Shown piece after piece: positions 38,001-53,000 of a DNA stretch of 64,000 bases. This stretch comes from Amoebophrya sp. A120 (Eukaryota > Protista > Dinoflagellata), in NCBI GenBank assembly GCA_905178155.1, contig CAJINV010000012.1, positions 2,763,765 to 2,827,764 of the forward strand, read 5' to 3'. The notes below the pieces were generated by a model, which was not told the origin of the DNA, did no database searches, and saw only the letters and a program-made list of their open reading frames with translations. Made by a program: the position numbers and the translations under genes. Position 1 is the stretch's first letter. Each line of letters starts with the position of its first letter.

Positions 38001-41000
38001 CTTCCATCTGCATGGAGGTGGTACCCGACATTGATGTAGCACCTCCAGCCTCGTGGTAAGACAGCGCTCTCATCCTTCTTGCTGCTACTGCAGTTTCGTC
38101 CGTGAATTCCGAGCGCCAGCACATCCTGTAAGTTCCGGTCCACCCGACTGGTTCGCTGATTTTGATTTCCCCTAACGAGAATTTGTTGTTCGTCGTATTG
38201 AAAAACCGACTACTTCTATCCAAGAAAAAAACTGTGTTAGTGTAACTTTCTTTGGCTGACAGCATCACAAGTTTGCTCTACATGACAGAGAAAACCTGTC
38301 ATGCATGGCTTGTAAGGGAAAACACACATGAAAAGAGGCCTCGTGGCTTTCTGGCATAACAGATGTAACTCTGTTGCATGTTCTGCATTACAGAGTTACA
38401 CTTACACAGAAGTTTTTTTCTTGCATAACTCCCCGCGAACGCGTTTTTCAACCGAATACTCGATCCAATCCTTTGCTCGTCAATACACGCGGAACTAGTC
38501 GAGCTGGCTGCGGTTTGCGCGACCAAAGCGGCATCCGGGTGCGTCTGGCCGCCGGAAATCGGCTGGAGTTGTAGATAGCTGACCCGGAGACTCGATTTCA
38601 GATTGCTTTCCACCCCGACGTACGGGAGTTCGATGTCGCAGTGTCTGTCCCCTAACTCGCAGTAGAAATGCACTTTTGGTGCGTTGTGGCCGGGTATTTG
38701 CGGGCCGGACACGATGAATTGCCCGATCCGGATGTAGTCACCAACTACGGTGGAAGAAGAGGAACTACCCTGCTTCGCATCAACCAAAAACGGGTTTCTC
38801 GTACCGTTGTTCGTACTGGCACTACCACCACTCGACGAGCTGCGCCAACACAAGCTGAGTGTACTCGCATCCGCAATATGAATTGCAAAAGTATCTTACT
38901 AGTAGTATTTGCAATACAAATTCGCTCAGCATGAAAAATGGAATTTGTCATGCTGATTTGCCTTGGGAACGAGATTTGTAATGCATGACTGCAATTACTA
39001 CGAGTACGATACTTTTCTTGCACAGGATACGCAACCGCCGTGGGCAAATTTGCAAAAATGGTGTCGATGGAGAGCACTCCGCCGGTCATTATCCTGAGTA
39101 AAAACGTCCCCACACCAGAGTCAGGATGGAGATTTTGCAACACAGCCCTAGGAGTTTAAGTTTTGTGAGTCACGCATGACAAATTGCACTCCGCAGTGTA
39201 GTGCTGGTTAGCAAGTGCAGCCGCGTCACAGATTCATCTGCTCATCCTGTTCACAGCATCACAAATTCCAAAACACGACTGGAAATGGCTCTCATGGGGA
39301 TGCGCATTGCAAGTCTTCCTGTCTTTGCAAATCTGCATTACAACTCTGGTGTGGGTACGTTTTTACTCAGGATAGTCATCGCGATTAATTCTGTCATGGG
39401 AATTTGGTAAATGATCTCCCAGTCTGGACCAGAACAGGCGTTTTCATCGGATACAACTTGCGGTGTTGTTTGTTGCTGCAACTGTCGCCTTTGTTTTCTT
39501 CTGCTCGTCCCCGCCGTTGTACTGGAAGTAGTTTTTTTCCTCGCGATAATCAACTGCGTCACACTCGCAAAGTCTCCGTAACCAGAAAGATTGATCGGAC
39601 ACCGGGCGCCGAGGTTACAATTGAACAACTCCTTTGTCGGGCCAATCACGTCCAACTTTCCAAACGGGACCCAGGAAATTTGTTCGGAGCCCTGCCCTGT
39701 TGTTTCGTTGCCTGCACTTGTCGCTGTTGTTCCGATGGTAGTTGATGTCGCGTTATTCGTGCTCGCCGTAGAAGTAGTACTCGCGTTCTGACCTAGCAAT
39801 AAACTCTCCGCATTCTCTATCGCCTTCCAACACAGCTGCCAGGGTCCGGCGATGTAAGTTTGCTTAAAATCCTGAATCGTGTAGGCGAGTTTCGACCCGA
39901 GCGAACTTACCCTCGCGTAGTCTTCTTGCGTCGCAATCGCCTCGAAACTCGGATCATGTGCGGAATAGTTGCTCACTGGTAGATAAACCGTCGACATCGT
40001 GAGAACGGAAGAGAGCTGGGCTTGGAGGAAACTCTCATCCACATTGCACAAATCCGCTGCGGTTTGGAAAAACCCCCGCCGGATGCGGTCTTCGAGACTG
40101 ATGGTCGACGTCGCGGTGGAGATAACTGTTGTGTTGGTCTGGTTACTGGCCTCTGTAGTTGCACTTTGGTTCGTGGACAACGCGTTTGCGTTACTAGTAT
40201 TCGTGGAGTTCCCGTTGTCTGTTGCGTTGGCCGTTGCAAGCACCCCCCCAAAAACGGCTGCAACAATTGTACTTGTAGTGCCATTGCTCTCATCAAACGT
40301 CAGGCCTAATGACCGAATTTTGTCGTTAATCACCTGCAAATTCAAGGACTGCAACGGCCCACTCGTCGTGATCAGCCGGAGAGAGTCCGCAATGGAGAAC
40401 GTTTCCTTGACCGGGCTTGACAAAGAAATTCCACAGGAGACCCCGAGAGTGCAGCCACTCACCTGCTCGTTCGGACCTCGTAAAAAGATCTCCGCGACCT
40501 TCACTCGCTGCCCGCGGCTAGATTTAGACCAGCAGAGCAAATACCGGCCCGGGCGGGCGTTGCGCGGGAAGCCGAAGGATACGTGGACTTGGGCGTCGTT
40601 TGTCGTTGCCGCGGAATTTGAAGCACCAGAGTCGGGTGCAGTTGTAGGGGCTAGTACTACGATTCCCATTGCAGTCGGCATAATTGCAGTAGTACTACTG
40701 TTTCCTCCAGAAGTTCCGTTCATTGTATCGTTCATCGCAGTCGCACTGCTATCGTCCGTCGAGGTAATATCATCGTCAGAACCCCCACTTCCGCTGGAAA
40801 TCACCCTATCCCAATCAAACACCAACTCCGCCTGCATGCCCTCAAAGTAATCGCTTCTCGGAACAAAATCCACCGAGGTTGTGTCACTCGTGTTCGTTTT
40901 TGTTAAAACCTCCAACCCTTCAAACTCCGGCAAGAAGCAATCCTCAGCTTCCTTCGTACTCATATCCGCGCCAGGCGCGCCGTTCACCGCGATACTGTAA

Positions 41001-44000
41001 CCGTATTGCTTCGGAAAAGTCCAACGGAAGACCGACTTTTTCTTCTCGTCAAACCCATTCAAGCTCATGTCCACCTTGCACTCCTTCCCCAGAAAACAAT
41101 TGAACGAGGTCTTTCGACTCAGTAAGGTCGGCGCGACCAAGTCGATGCTCCCGACCATGGTGTACTCCTTCCCCGGGCTGTCGCGCCAGCAGAAGTAGTA
41201 GCTGCCCGCGTACTCCGCAGAGGGGCCGATCGGCATGCCGAAATGGTGGTAGTGAATCGCCGTACTGTCTTTCGGGTTGGATTGTTTTGTAGTTGTTCCG
41301 CCGGCGGTTCTGGCTGTTCCTGCTGTTCCAGCTGTTGTCCCATTGTAGAAATCCTCGTCCCCATGAAACCAGTACTGCGCGTCATCCCACGAATCTAGAT
41401 ACTTCTCTCGGATCGCCAGGCCCACGTCGAAGCCGCTCAAGCTCGGATTCACGAATGCCCTCGTCGGCATCGTCAACACCGTCGCCGGCTTGCACTGCGG
41501 CGACCGGTTGATGGCTAAGTGGTTTACCCCTCGTTTCAGCTGCAATCCGGTCACGCCTAAAATGCACGGCGATCCCAACACGCAGGTATACGTCCTCGCC
41601 GCCGGTCTGGGGCCGATGATCCGGAGAACCCCGAAATTGATCGCGTTCAAAGAGCTTGACGGATCCGCGAGATAGCAGGCCTGGAAGTTGTCCGACCCGC
41701 GAACGGCCAAAGCCGACATGCTGTACTCGTTTAGAGTTGACGCCATTTGCAACCCGGGGGTGACTATCCTGTCCAAAAGTATCGCGCTCGTATTGCAGTC
41801 ATGCATTGCAAGTCTTTTTCTTAAGGTAAATCCGCTATACAAATATTTATTTCTCATGCTGAGGAAATTTGTAATACATTTATACGAGTACGAGACTTTT
41901 GCAGTGCATAGTGACCGAGATCGGCCCGACTAAAATGGAATTCGGCCGGTAATTCGCGACCCGGGTGATGTTCAAATCGGCCAAATTAGCTTGCTTCACG
42001 TCGACGGACGAGAGAAATTCCTCCGTGTAGGGTTCTTGGTTGATATCAGTTGACTGTCGGAAATATTGCACAACATCCCCGGTTTCCACGTCTTCTAACA
42101 ATGGAATGACCGCTTTCGACTTGAACACGTAGAATTCGTACAGAAAGTTCACCACGGATAAACAAGTCCCCCCAGACACGAGGAAGATCCGGTTCTTGTC
42201 CGCCGACAAACCCGTCCCTTCGACCAAGACCTTGCACTCCGTTATGCATTGCAAATGTGTCTGGGTCTGGAAACTTGTGATGTTGCCAGTCAGAGAACAA
42301 TAAGTAACCGTAATGCGCAGCCGAGCATGACAAGTTTTTTCGTGCTTCTGGTTCTGTGCTGCGTATTCCGCATAAGAAACTGCGTTTTTGCATGACAGGC
42401 GAGAGAGGCTGTTTGTAGCCACGCAATACAGAGTGCAGAGTCATGCCGGACTAGCATGACAAGTCTTGCAATCTTCCAGACCCAGACACATTTGCAGTTG
42501 ATATCCGTCCCCGCAACACAGTCGAATTGCCGGAACATCGGGCCGAAAACGAGTAAAGTTCCGACTTCCACACCATAATTGACTCTGTCCTCCACAAACG
42601 GAGCCATGTCGTTGTCGTTGTTTTTCCGCGGCCCGGTGTACCCCCAGCAGATCCGATACGGGCCCTTCTTCTGCGGCGCGGCACCGGCCTATGAGAGTGC
42701 ACAACCCTCCCTCCCCCTCATTTGCATGGCATAAACAGCAATACAAGCAACGGCAGAAATGTGGCCTCCGCATGACAAATTTGCACCCGCACTGTAGTAC
42801 TGCTTCAGGTGCAAAGCTTTGTCATGCAGACAGTGCCTACAGACAGAGTGTGAAGAGTTTGGTAGTTTGCATGACAAAGGAGGGGGAGGGGGAGTTGTGC
42901 ACTCTCATACGGCCAACCGGTCGAAATTGTAGCGGTACCGCTGCACAGTCACCGAGTTCGCCAAATAGCTATTCGTGCCGGGCTATCCTGTGCAAAAGTA
43001 TCGTACTCGTACTAATTGATTTCATGCATTACAAATCTTTTTGTTAAAGGCAAATCCGCATTTACAGATTCAATTTTTAATGCTGAGCTACTTTGTATTG
43101 CAATTTTTACTAGTATGATGTTTTTGCAGTTCATACGGGCGCCGGGTCATTCTCCGCGCCGAGGTACGTCATGGCGTTTGTCGGGTTCCGGATGTTGTTG
43201 ATTTCAATCGGCTGTTTTTTCGTGGAGTAGCAGAATTCATCCTTGTGGACGAGTAGTAACCCGTGGTTGTTCAATTCTTTCAACCCGACTTATGAAATGC
43301 AAAAGCATCGTACTAGTATAAATCGCATGAAAAATTTCCTCAGCATGAGAAATAAAATTTGTAATGCGGATTTAACTTGAGAAAGAAATTTGTAATGCAT
43401 GACTGCGATTACTACGAGTACGATACTTTTGCACAGGATACGACTCCATCAACCTCAATCTTACATTCCAACGCCAAGTAGCAGAACACGGTCCCGTTAT
43501 TCACACCGCCAAACATGGAATATGAACTGCAAAAATGTCTGGGTCTGGAAGGTCACAACTTGTGATGCTGTCTGTGGATTCATCTAAACAAATTTGTATT
43601 GCATGACCAGCAAGAGGGGTCGGGTTTGTCCTACGTGGAGAGGGCATTTTTCATGCGGTAGAGGTATCACGAAGCCCTCTAAAAATCTGTGATGCTACGG
43701 CATGCATCACGGACATCATGGCTCATGGAAAATATGCATGACAAATCTAGAAATCTTCCAGACCCAGACATTTTTGCACTTGATATGGAAAAGCTGATGT
43801 CAATCCCCGCCTCGAACCAGTAGTTTCTGATTCTCGCATATCGTGGGAAAAAAGTGTTACAGTTACACACTCTGATGGGAGACAAGCAAGCGAGAGAAGC
43901 TCTGTCATGCAGGAAATGCTTGCCAACCTGATTTCATTCGTGTTTTTCCTTATATATAGTCTGAGCATCACAGGTTTTTTTTTGCCATGTCGAGCAACTT

Positions 44001-47000
44001 TGTGATGCAGAAACTCCAACAAATGTGTAACTGTAAGACTTTTTTCTTGTGATATCGCAGAGTCGCCGGTTAGGTTCTGAAATCTTGCGTGATTCGTCCC
44101 GACTTGGAGCGGCCCGTAGAGGAACATTTCCGCGATTTTCAGGCGGAATTGCTCGAATTCGTACCTCGCCTCAATGGTGTTGTGCGGCGGGTTGAGGAAA
44201 CCGGCCGTGTAGGTGATTCTCGTTGTTTCGTTGCTGCTCGAAGTTGAAGTACTACTAGACTTCGCTACCGCCATCGCCGCTGCCGATGTTGCGTCGGCCC
44301 CCACCTGCTGCAACGCGCCTTGTTCCACTGGGAACAACCCCCGGAAGATGTTGTAGCCCCAGCACAAGGAAAAGCGCCCGGAATGGGGGAAATAGGGCAC
44401 GTTCAAGTCAAAGATCTCCACGCCTTTCTGCGTACTGCTGTCGAGCATGAGGGAGGTTACGCCCGCCGGGTTTAATAGCTGGTCCCAAGGGCCATACAGT
44501 GCCCTCTCGTGTAAATACTGGATCTGCTGACTCAATCTTTCGTTCTCCGTCACATTCGAAACTGCGGTCGAGTTCTGTCGCACCAAAAACTCCGCGATAC
44601 TCGTTGCCCCGGTGGGGTAGGCGGCGGTGCTCGCCAGACCGGTTGTGTTTCCTGTGCCAGTTTGCGGCTGCACAATCACAGCGGATGCGGATGTGCCGGC
44701 TCCACTTAAGTGCGTCGCTTTCATGTGGTGCTGAATCGTCACAGCTGGGTACATGGAGTCTAACTGGGTGAAGTAGTCCGCGGCAGAATTCCCGGTTCCG
44801 TTTAACTCCCCTCGGACGATCGCGTCAAAAATCAAGTCGTTTAAGTGGACGTGACTCAACCCGGGGGTGGAGTCCACGAGTCGACTCGGGACGGCGGTTA
44901 CGTTGAACTCTAATTTCTTACTTGCCTCTTCCGTACAGGTTTCCGTGGGGGATAACAGCATCATGTTGTCCGACGTGAAGCTCGCCCCCTCGACTTTGAT
45001 CACGCACGGCATCCCCAATGTGCAGTTTCTCGTATCCCCATCGGCAATATCCGGGCCGGTGAACACCAGTTCTCCGATCACCAAATCGTTGAACCCGCAA
45101 AGTCCATACACCGACCCGGGGGAGACTTTGGTCGCGATACCCAGTTCGTAGACCGCGCGTTTCTTTTTCCCGTACCGGTTTTTCTCGTCGAAAAACAGGA
45201 CATCGGACTGCTGTAAGTCTGGTAGTACCACTGTATGTAACCCCCGGATGATCGGCGGAATGGTGGTGTTCTGGAATTTTTGTTGCTGGTTATTTTGGTC
45301 CGGATCATACGGTAAGGCGGACAAAAATCCCTCGCCGATCGGACTGGTCAAGAACAACCCCGCGTCCATCGCCGCTTTCTCGATCTTCAGTTTCAAGTCC
45401 GAAGAACTTAGTTTGTTCAAATCTGAGGTGTAATTCAGCAAGTTACTGATCGTTGTGGGCACGGAGCAGACGCTGGCGTTCTTGGATAAAAATATGAAGT
45501 CATTCTCCCGGTTACCCACGCCGTCCAAAAACAGTGTGCAATTCGCTATGAACTGCAAAAGTATCGCACTCGTCGTATAAATGCATTACAAATTTCCTCA
45601 GCATGAGAAAGAAAATTTGTAATGCAGATTTGCCTTGGAAGCAAGATTTGTAATGCAAGACTTCCATTTGTACGAGTACGATACTTTTGCACAGGATATT
45701 CGCCCCGAGTTGGCAAGTTTTCCGCTGAAAATACGGCCCAGAGACCACCAAGCTCGCAATTGGCTCTTTTGCTTCCACGAACTGCTTGTTCTCGTTGAAG
45801 AAAGTGCCGGTTCGGATCGTCGGCCTTGCGTTTGCAGCGTCTTCCGTCGCGGTGTCGAACATGAAATCGGACTCCGTTGTGATGATGCTAGAGCTGGACA
45901 CGAAGAAATCCGGGGGTAAGTTGCTGGTCCCGTTCGTCTTCGGAGAAATCACTTTCTGCCGGATTTCCTCCGGATAAACCCCACAAGGGTTGTAAGTCAC
46001 ATTAACATTCGATTCCGTCACCTCCTCGACCAAATACTGCCCGATGGCTAAAGTCCTGTTCGGATAAAAATCCGCAATTGTTTCGTTCGTCAAGGTCCGG
46101 TTCCTCGTGCCGGAAAAGATGTACCAGAACTCGCGACACGGCTCGAAATCGTTATTGTCCAGTTCCAGCACCTCGCAAAATTTGTAGTGGTGCGACGGGA
46201 ATTTCTCGAACCTGGGTAGATCGTAACTCCAGATCTGTTTCTCCTCTTCCAAGCCGAAATTCGGATCGGTCCGGTTCCGCAACTCGAACATCGAAGGTCT
46301 TGCGAGCAAAGACTGCGACTTGGTCACGATCGGGCTCAGAGTGTTGGAGACGAAAATTTGCTGGTTGTTGTTATTGGTATCCACCCCGACCAGGAGTTTT
46401 TCCCCGATGACGCCGCACAAAGCGGTGTTGTCGTCATCGATAAGCATCTATGCATTGCAAAAGCATCGTAAGTAGTACAGATTGCATTACAAATTGGCTC
46501 AGCATGAAAAATGGAGTTCTTTCTCATACGGGTTTACCTTGCGAAGCAGATGTGTCATGCATATCTGCAATTAGTATTAGTACGATACTTGTTGTGCAAA
46601 AATGCATAGCATCAACGTCGTGTTTTTCGTGAAAAACCAGGTTTCGACGAAGCACGGATCGCCCAACACACACTGCGCCGTTAATTCCATGGAAAACCAA
46701 CCGACGTTCATGTAGTGGTGGCTGTACCAGGTGTAGACTGGGTCGGAGTACGAGGGGTTTTCCCCCCAACACAGCGTGTATCGGTCCGCGTCGCCTAACT
46801 TCGGGATTCCAAAATTCCACGTGTTATAAGGGTATCCTGATTGAAAACGTCCCCACACCAGCGTCAACAAGATGGGAAATCTGCTAGACAAATCAACAAG
46901 CTTTGGTTGTTTGGCATGACACGTTTGTCCTCGTAGTGTAATTATCCTGTTTAGCTAGTTCAGAAGCATCACAGATCGAGCCTACCTTGCTGTTTCTAGC

Positions 47001-50000
47001 ATTGCAAATTCCAAAACACGAATAAAAAATGCTTCTCATACCGCTCCGCATGAGAAACTTTTTTGGCATGCAGAATTGCATGACAACTCTGGTGGGGTGG
47101 GGATGTTTTTACACAGGATAACGGGTCTTTGTCGTTCTGCGCGTCTTCCACGTTCCAAGAATGCTCCAGCCACTCGTCCCCAGACAGCACATCGGACCGG
47201 ACCCACCTGCCATCGGCCAAGTAAACCCGGCTCCGAAATGCCCAGGGTAGAGTGTCGCGGACGTTGTATCAAATGCAAAAGTGTCTGGGTCTGGAAGAAT
47301 GCCAGACTTGTCATGCAGGTTTTCCATGACCCATGAGGTCTGGTATGCAGGACATAGCATGACAGATTCTGTGCGAGTTCTATCATGCCTATCCTGCATG
47401 AGAAACTGCCTCTCGATTAGGTCAAAAGTGGACAGCTTTTGGTAATCATGCAGATGCAACACAGATTTTAATTTTTACATGATTCAGATTTAGCATGACA
47501 AGTGGCTTTGTTCCACCAGACCCAGACATTTTTGCCTTTGATACTTTGTCGTATTTCGCCACCCCGGCGGGAAGTTCCCCGCACAGCCGGTTGTTTCTCG
47601 TCCGGAGGTCTATGACCGCGACCCGGTCTAGCCAGGTGTAGTCCGCGGCGGAGGCGCCGGGGAGCTGAAAGCGGCACAGGCGGAAGAAGTAGCAGGTAAT
47701 GTCCCTAGGCAAAGGTCCGGGGAAATTCAGATACCCCACCGGGACGCGCATTTTCGACAGAAGGAACTCGTTGTTGGTTGCACTGGAAACCGGCACCACC
47801 AAGTCCCCCGTATTCGCGGCCACATCGTACAGAATCGGCTGGTGGCCCCAGCAGAGCCGGTAGCCCAGACCGGCGGCCGTGGCTGCCGTGGAATTTATGA
47901 CTGGGAAACCGATGGAGTACAAATCAAAATTGTCCTGGTCCACGGGGAACGGGTTCTGCAAGTTCTTCGCCTGCACGAGGTTTTTCGGGTCGGTGTCGCT
48001 GCAGTCCACGTTTTCTTTCAAAGCGCGAATGTAGTTGGTCGCGGCAACTTGGGTGTTTCGGAGGAGGACGATACACTCGCGGCCGATAATATCGCAAGAA
48101 AAAACTGCTTCACTGTGAACTTGTGATGCAGAAAATGGAATACAGAACTATTTGTCTTGCTACATCTGCAAGGCATCGGATTTTCAAGCGTGTTCCCCTT
48201 TGGGAAGTGCGCATGACAAATTTTCAGTGTCATGTGTATCAAACTTGCGATGCAGATCTTGCAAAATCATCACAGCGAAACACTTTTTTCATGGGATAGA
48301 TAATGCACCGGGTCGACCCGGAGATGGAAGAGTGAACGGCTAGGTTCCCAGGGCCAGTTAGGTCCACACGCCCGGCACTGTTGGAGTTGGTTTTTTGTCA
48401 ACATGCAGTAGACACACAAGTTGTCGCGCAAGAAACAAGCCACAAGAAAAAGTAAATGCAATAATTTTCTATACCGCAAGAACGGCATTGCGCCGTACTC
48501 TTGTCCCCAACAGAGGAAGTAGCTCATTCTGGCTGGGTGCGCCCCCACAATCGCGCCCAAATCGAAGAAGATCCGCGGTGCGTAGCCGTCCGGACTACTG
48601 TTATTTGTCGACGTAGCGTTGAAGACGTTGACATCGTACACTTCGTTGGTTGTCCCGGACCGAATTCCCGTCCAGGTGATCGGATTAAACGCGATACCCT
48701 GCGTGTTCGGGCACTGCTCGCCAAACACCAATTGTCCGATGTTGTCCTGCCTCAAATTCACCCCCTTCGCGCCCGCGACGCACTCTTCGCCCATGATGCA
48801 GCTGCTGACCACACCATCCTGGTCGGGCCCGGAGAGCGAGAGAATCCCGGCCTCGATGAAAAACCGCCGGACCTCCCCCGCCGCGACAAATTGGTTCTCC
48901 GCGAAACAGATTTTGTAGTCAATCACGTCTGCGCGATCGATGAAACCCATCTCGTAGAGCCGAGACGTAGCGGAATGCGGCTTGCTGTCCATTCGCGGGT
49001 TGAAAATCGAGGAGATTTCCTTATCAGAAACCAACTGTTTCTGGTCTATGGATGTGTCAGGATCGAAATCGACAAAATCGAAAATTTTGTGATGCATAAA
49101 ATGCAGGGCACCGAAGGCCTGTATTGGGGAGCAGGCAAATGAGGCCGATTGTAAGCCTCTTTAGGGGTATGCAATGTGCTGCCAGAGTAGCACGACAGGA
49201 GCAGTCTTCTTTGTCCAAACAGCATGACAGGCTGGACGTGGGTGCCCCCGAAATTTGTCATGCGCCACTTGGAAACTGAGGCTCGAACTAACATAGATTT
49301 TGTGCATCGCAAATTTTTTGGTTTTGTCAATTTCGATTCTGACACTTCCATATGGTCCTCCGGTTGCGTGCAGTCCCCGGTGTTGTTCTTCAGCACTTGC
49401 AGCGCGTTCGCCGCGCGCAAGCCCACACCGCGGACAATAATGTCGCACTGGAATCCGAGCCAGCAGTAGTGGATTTCCCAGTTGACGCCGGTGATGAGAA
49501 TCTGTCCGAGTCTCACGTTCAGCAGATCCCCCGCTTTCCCCCAACACAGGTAAAAGGTCCCGGCTTCCCCGACGGATATCTCGCCAAAGTCGTACTTCTC
49601 GTATAAAACCTCAAATCCGCGGTATTCCTCCGTCGGCCCGAGTGGGTTCTTCCCGGGCAGGTAGATCAAATTCCGCGCATCGTATATCGCAGGAAAAAAG
49701 TGTTACAGTGACACATGTGTTGCAATTTCAGCATCACAGAGTTGCTCTGCATGGCGAAGAAAACTTCTAATCCGCACACTATAAGGGAAAGAACGAATGA
49801 AATGAGGCTGGCAAGCATTTCCTGCATGACAGAGGTTGTCTGTCTTGCTTGTCTTCCATCAGAGTGTGTAACTGTAACACTTTTTTCTCACGATATCGTA
49901 GTCCACGAACCCCATGGCGCACTGGGTACGGCTGATCCCCACTCGGTTGCCCATTTCAAACTCCACACCGGTAAGGCGGACGATACAGGAAACTCCCTGC

Positions 50001-53000
50001 GCACACGTCACCGTCGCGTTCAAGGAGTACGGCCCGGCCAGCGCCCAGGTCCCCATCCGGACGAATTCCGCGCGCTCCACGTTTTTCACCTTCCAGCACA
50101 GCCCGTACACCGCCGGGGTCCCCTCGATCACGTTGCCCAGAGAGTACACCAGCGTGCCCTGGCCGTGCACGCCGCCAATCGCCTGCGACGCGTGGATGTC
50201 GGACACATTGCTGACCGCAGTCGCGAGTAGGCCGGTCGCGACCTGGTCACAGCTCTCCACGCCGGCGGGCAAAATCCGGATCACCCCGTCCACTTGTCCT
50301 ACCCCGAAGCCCATGCCCTGACCGACGAGGTGTAAACTGCAGTCCCGTCCGAGCACGCATTTGGTCACCGCGAACTCCGGGCCTTGCACCACCGCCCGGC
50401 CGACATTGACCAGGGCTGTGGCGTCGTAGAAGGACACAACTGAGTTGTTGCCGACGAAATTTGGGGATAAAGGATAAGGATCCAAATATCGGGACCACCA
50501 TATCCTGTGTGAAAACGTCCTTACCCCGTACTTGTCAGTTGTCATGCAAACCTGTAAGAGTAAAATGTTTCTCGTGCGCAGTCCCATTAGAAGCATTTTC
50601 TATTGCAAACTGGGAGTTTATTGTCATGCTAGATTCAGGATGAGGTGGCCGATTTCTGATGCAGCTGCACTACCTAAACAGGACTACACTGCGCATTCCA
50701 ACTTGTCATGCGCAACAGCCAAAACTCATGGCTTTGTGTAGCGAAGTTCCCATCTTGACTCGGCGGTGGGGACGTTTTTACGCCGGATACACCAGCACAT
50801 TTGGTACTTCCCCGGCATTCGCTGTAGGAAAAACTCCTCCCCCGGCTCAATCGGCGCCGGGATGGAGGGAACCAGCTGCGGCTTTTTCTTGACGTCACAG
50901 GTCGCGTAGGTAACGTAAGTTATGAAATGCAAAAGCATCGCACTCGTATAAATGCATTACAAATTTTCTCAGCATGAGAAATAAAATTTGTCATGCGGAT
51001 GCACCTTAGGAAAAACATTTGTAATGCATGACTGCAATTACTACGAGTACGATACTTTTGCACAGGATATATGTCTGGATGGACCAACTGAAGGGCGACA
51101 TGCACGGCGCCTCTTATGGAATGCAAATATCCCTGGATGTCTGGAAACTTCTGATGCAAGGAAGGGAATAGCGAGCATACTTTAATGCGCTGCCAAGCAT
51201 GACATAGTTTTTTCGTGGTTCTGAATTGCGTACGCCGCATGAGAAACTGCGTTTTTGAATCACAAACAAGAGGAGCTCTTTGCGGCCACGCAACACAGAG
51301 GCCAGAGTCATGCTAGACTAGCATGACAAACCTCGCAATCTCCCAGACATCCAGGGATATTTGCAATGCATACCCCTAAGATGCACACCATTTCCTTCGG
51401 ATCCGGCCCGAGCGCCAGCGGTGCGATGTAACCGCCTCGGACCTGCGACCGGAGAACCACGAACGTCGGAGTGGGGATGGAGTCCTCGAAGCTGGTAATG
51501 GAGAAAGGGATCAAAGGTGAGTTCTTTCCCTTGGAAATTTGAAAAACAATCAAGCCGTACCTCGTTGTGATCAGCACCGTGTCATTTTTGTACCCGGCCG
51601 TCCCGTGGATCTGGGACACGCCGGAGGCGATTTTCAGAATGCCTGTGCCACTTCCTGTGGTCGCAGCTCCGCTACCGGAGCTGCTTTCATCTCCACTCAC
51701 CTGTTGACTACATACCTGGATGTCCGTGGAATTTGGCCCGGAACTCGAATTCACTAAATCGTCGCTGTAAATCGTTTGATTCGTGCAGTTTACATCGTCA
51801 TCCGAAACGGTGACGAGCTGCCGCAGAAGTAAAACCGACGTGGTATTTGTTCCTGTTCCGCTACTGCTCGTCCCGCTGGTTGAAGATGAGCTACTGGTAC
51901 TTTGTAAGGACACCGTAGTCTCAGACGCCGGCGTAGCCGCGGACGTGTCGGCGACGTCGGTTCCGTTGCCGAGCAAGGCGTAGATGTCTTGGTTCACGGT
52001 CAAAGGGAGGAGGTACTTGTTCAAACTGGACACCGGCTGCATGCCGTGCTCGGACACGGAGAAGCGCGAAATCGTCTCGTTAAAATCGATATCTTGGATG
52101 ATCTCCGCGTTCCAGCGATAGAGCGTCAAAACCGTGTTATCCGGCACGGTAATCGGGATCTTCACGTTCGGATCTTTCATGGCCGGTTCGCCAATCAGGA
52201 TCAAATCATCAAACACATACGATAACTTCGCGGTGCTCGCGGTGATATTGAAATACGGCAGGTCCTATCCTGTGTAGGAACGTCCCCACCCCAGAGTTCT
52301 TGTCATGCAGATTTGCCATGAAAGGAACATTTGTAATGCGCACCCCAACGGGAGGCATTTCCAATCCTGTTTTCGAATTTGTAAAATGCTGCAAAAAGCA
52401 TAAGGAGATGGGTTGTGATGTGGATGTGCTTGCTAAGCCGCATTTTGCAATACAGAGACGAACTTGTCATGCGTGACTCCCAAACCTTCTGGATTTGTGT
52501 TGCGAGATCCCCATCTTGACTCTGGAGCCGTAGGGACGTTTTTACACGGCATAAATCCCGTGTGATGGTCACGAGATTGGACGTGGTGCCCGTCGGGTCT
52601 AACACCGTTCGCGCGATTCGGACGCCGTCATTCCAAGGAAAAATCTCTCCTCCCCATATTTGAAGCGTATCCTGCTGAAAATTTGCGATGCAGTTTGGGG
52701 CCCACAGTTCCTGTCTGTCTTGGAAGAGGGCAAACGCAGAGAGTCCGCCGCGTTATGCAGGCGCTTTGTAATGCTGGAGGGCCTACAGGGGCGACGTCTG
52801 CCATGCTAGCCGCCTACACAACAAGGCCCCTGCCTAGGCTTACGATCTGCGTGCAGTCCTATACGGCAGGACAGACTTGATTTGTGTACACAAATCCCGC
52901 ACCACAGATTTCCGCTTTTGTATGGGGAGGAGGGGTTTTCCTTTCGATACCCGGACTTCACCTGCGACTTCGGCTCCGCGGAGGTCGAAATAATCGCGTA

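Noticed and set aside
52657-52923. Possible additional introner starting TATCCTG at 52668
   Set aside because: No matching inverted end or TSD; the region reads as exon (APNCIANFQQDTLQIWGG) plus a probable short canonical intron that I could not place.
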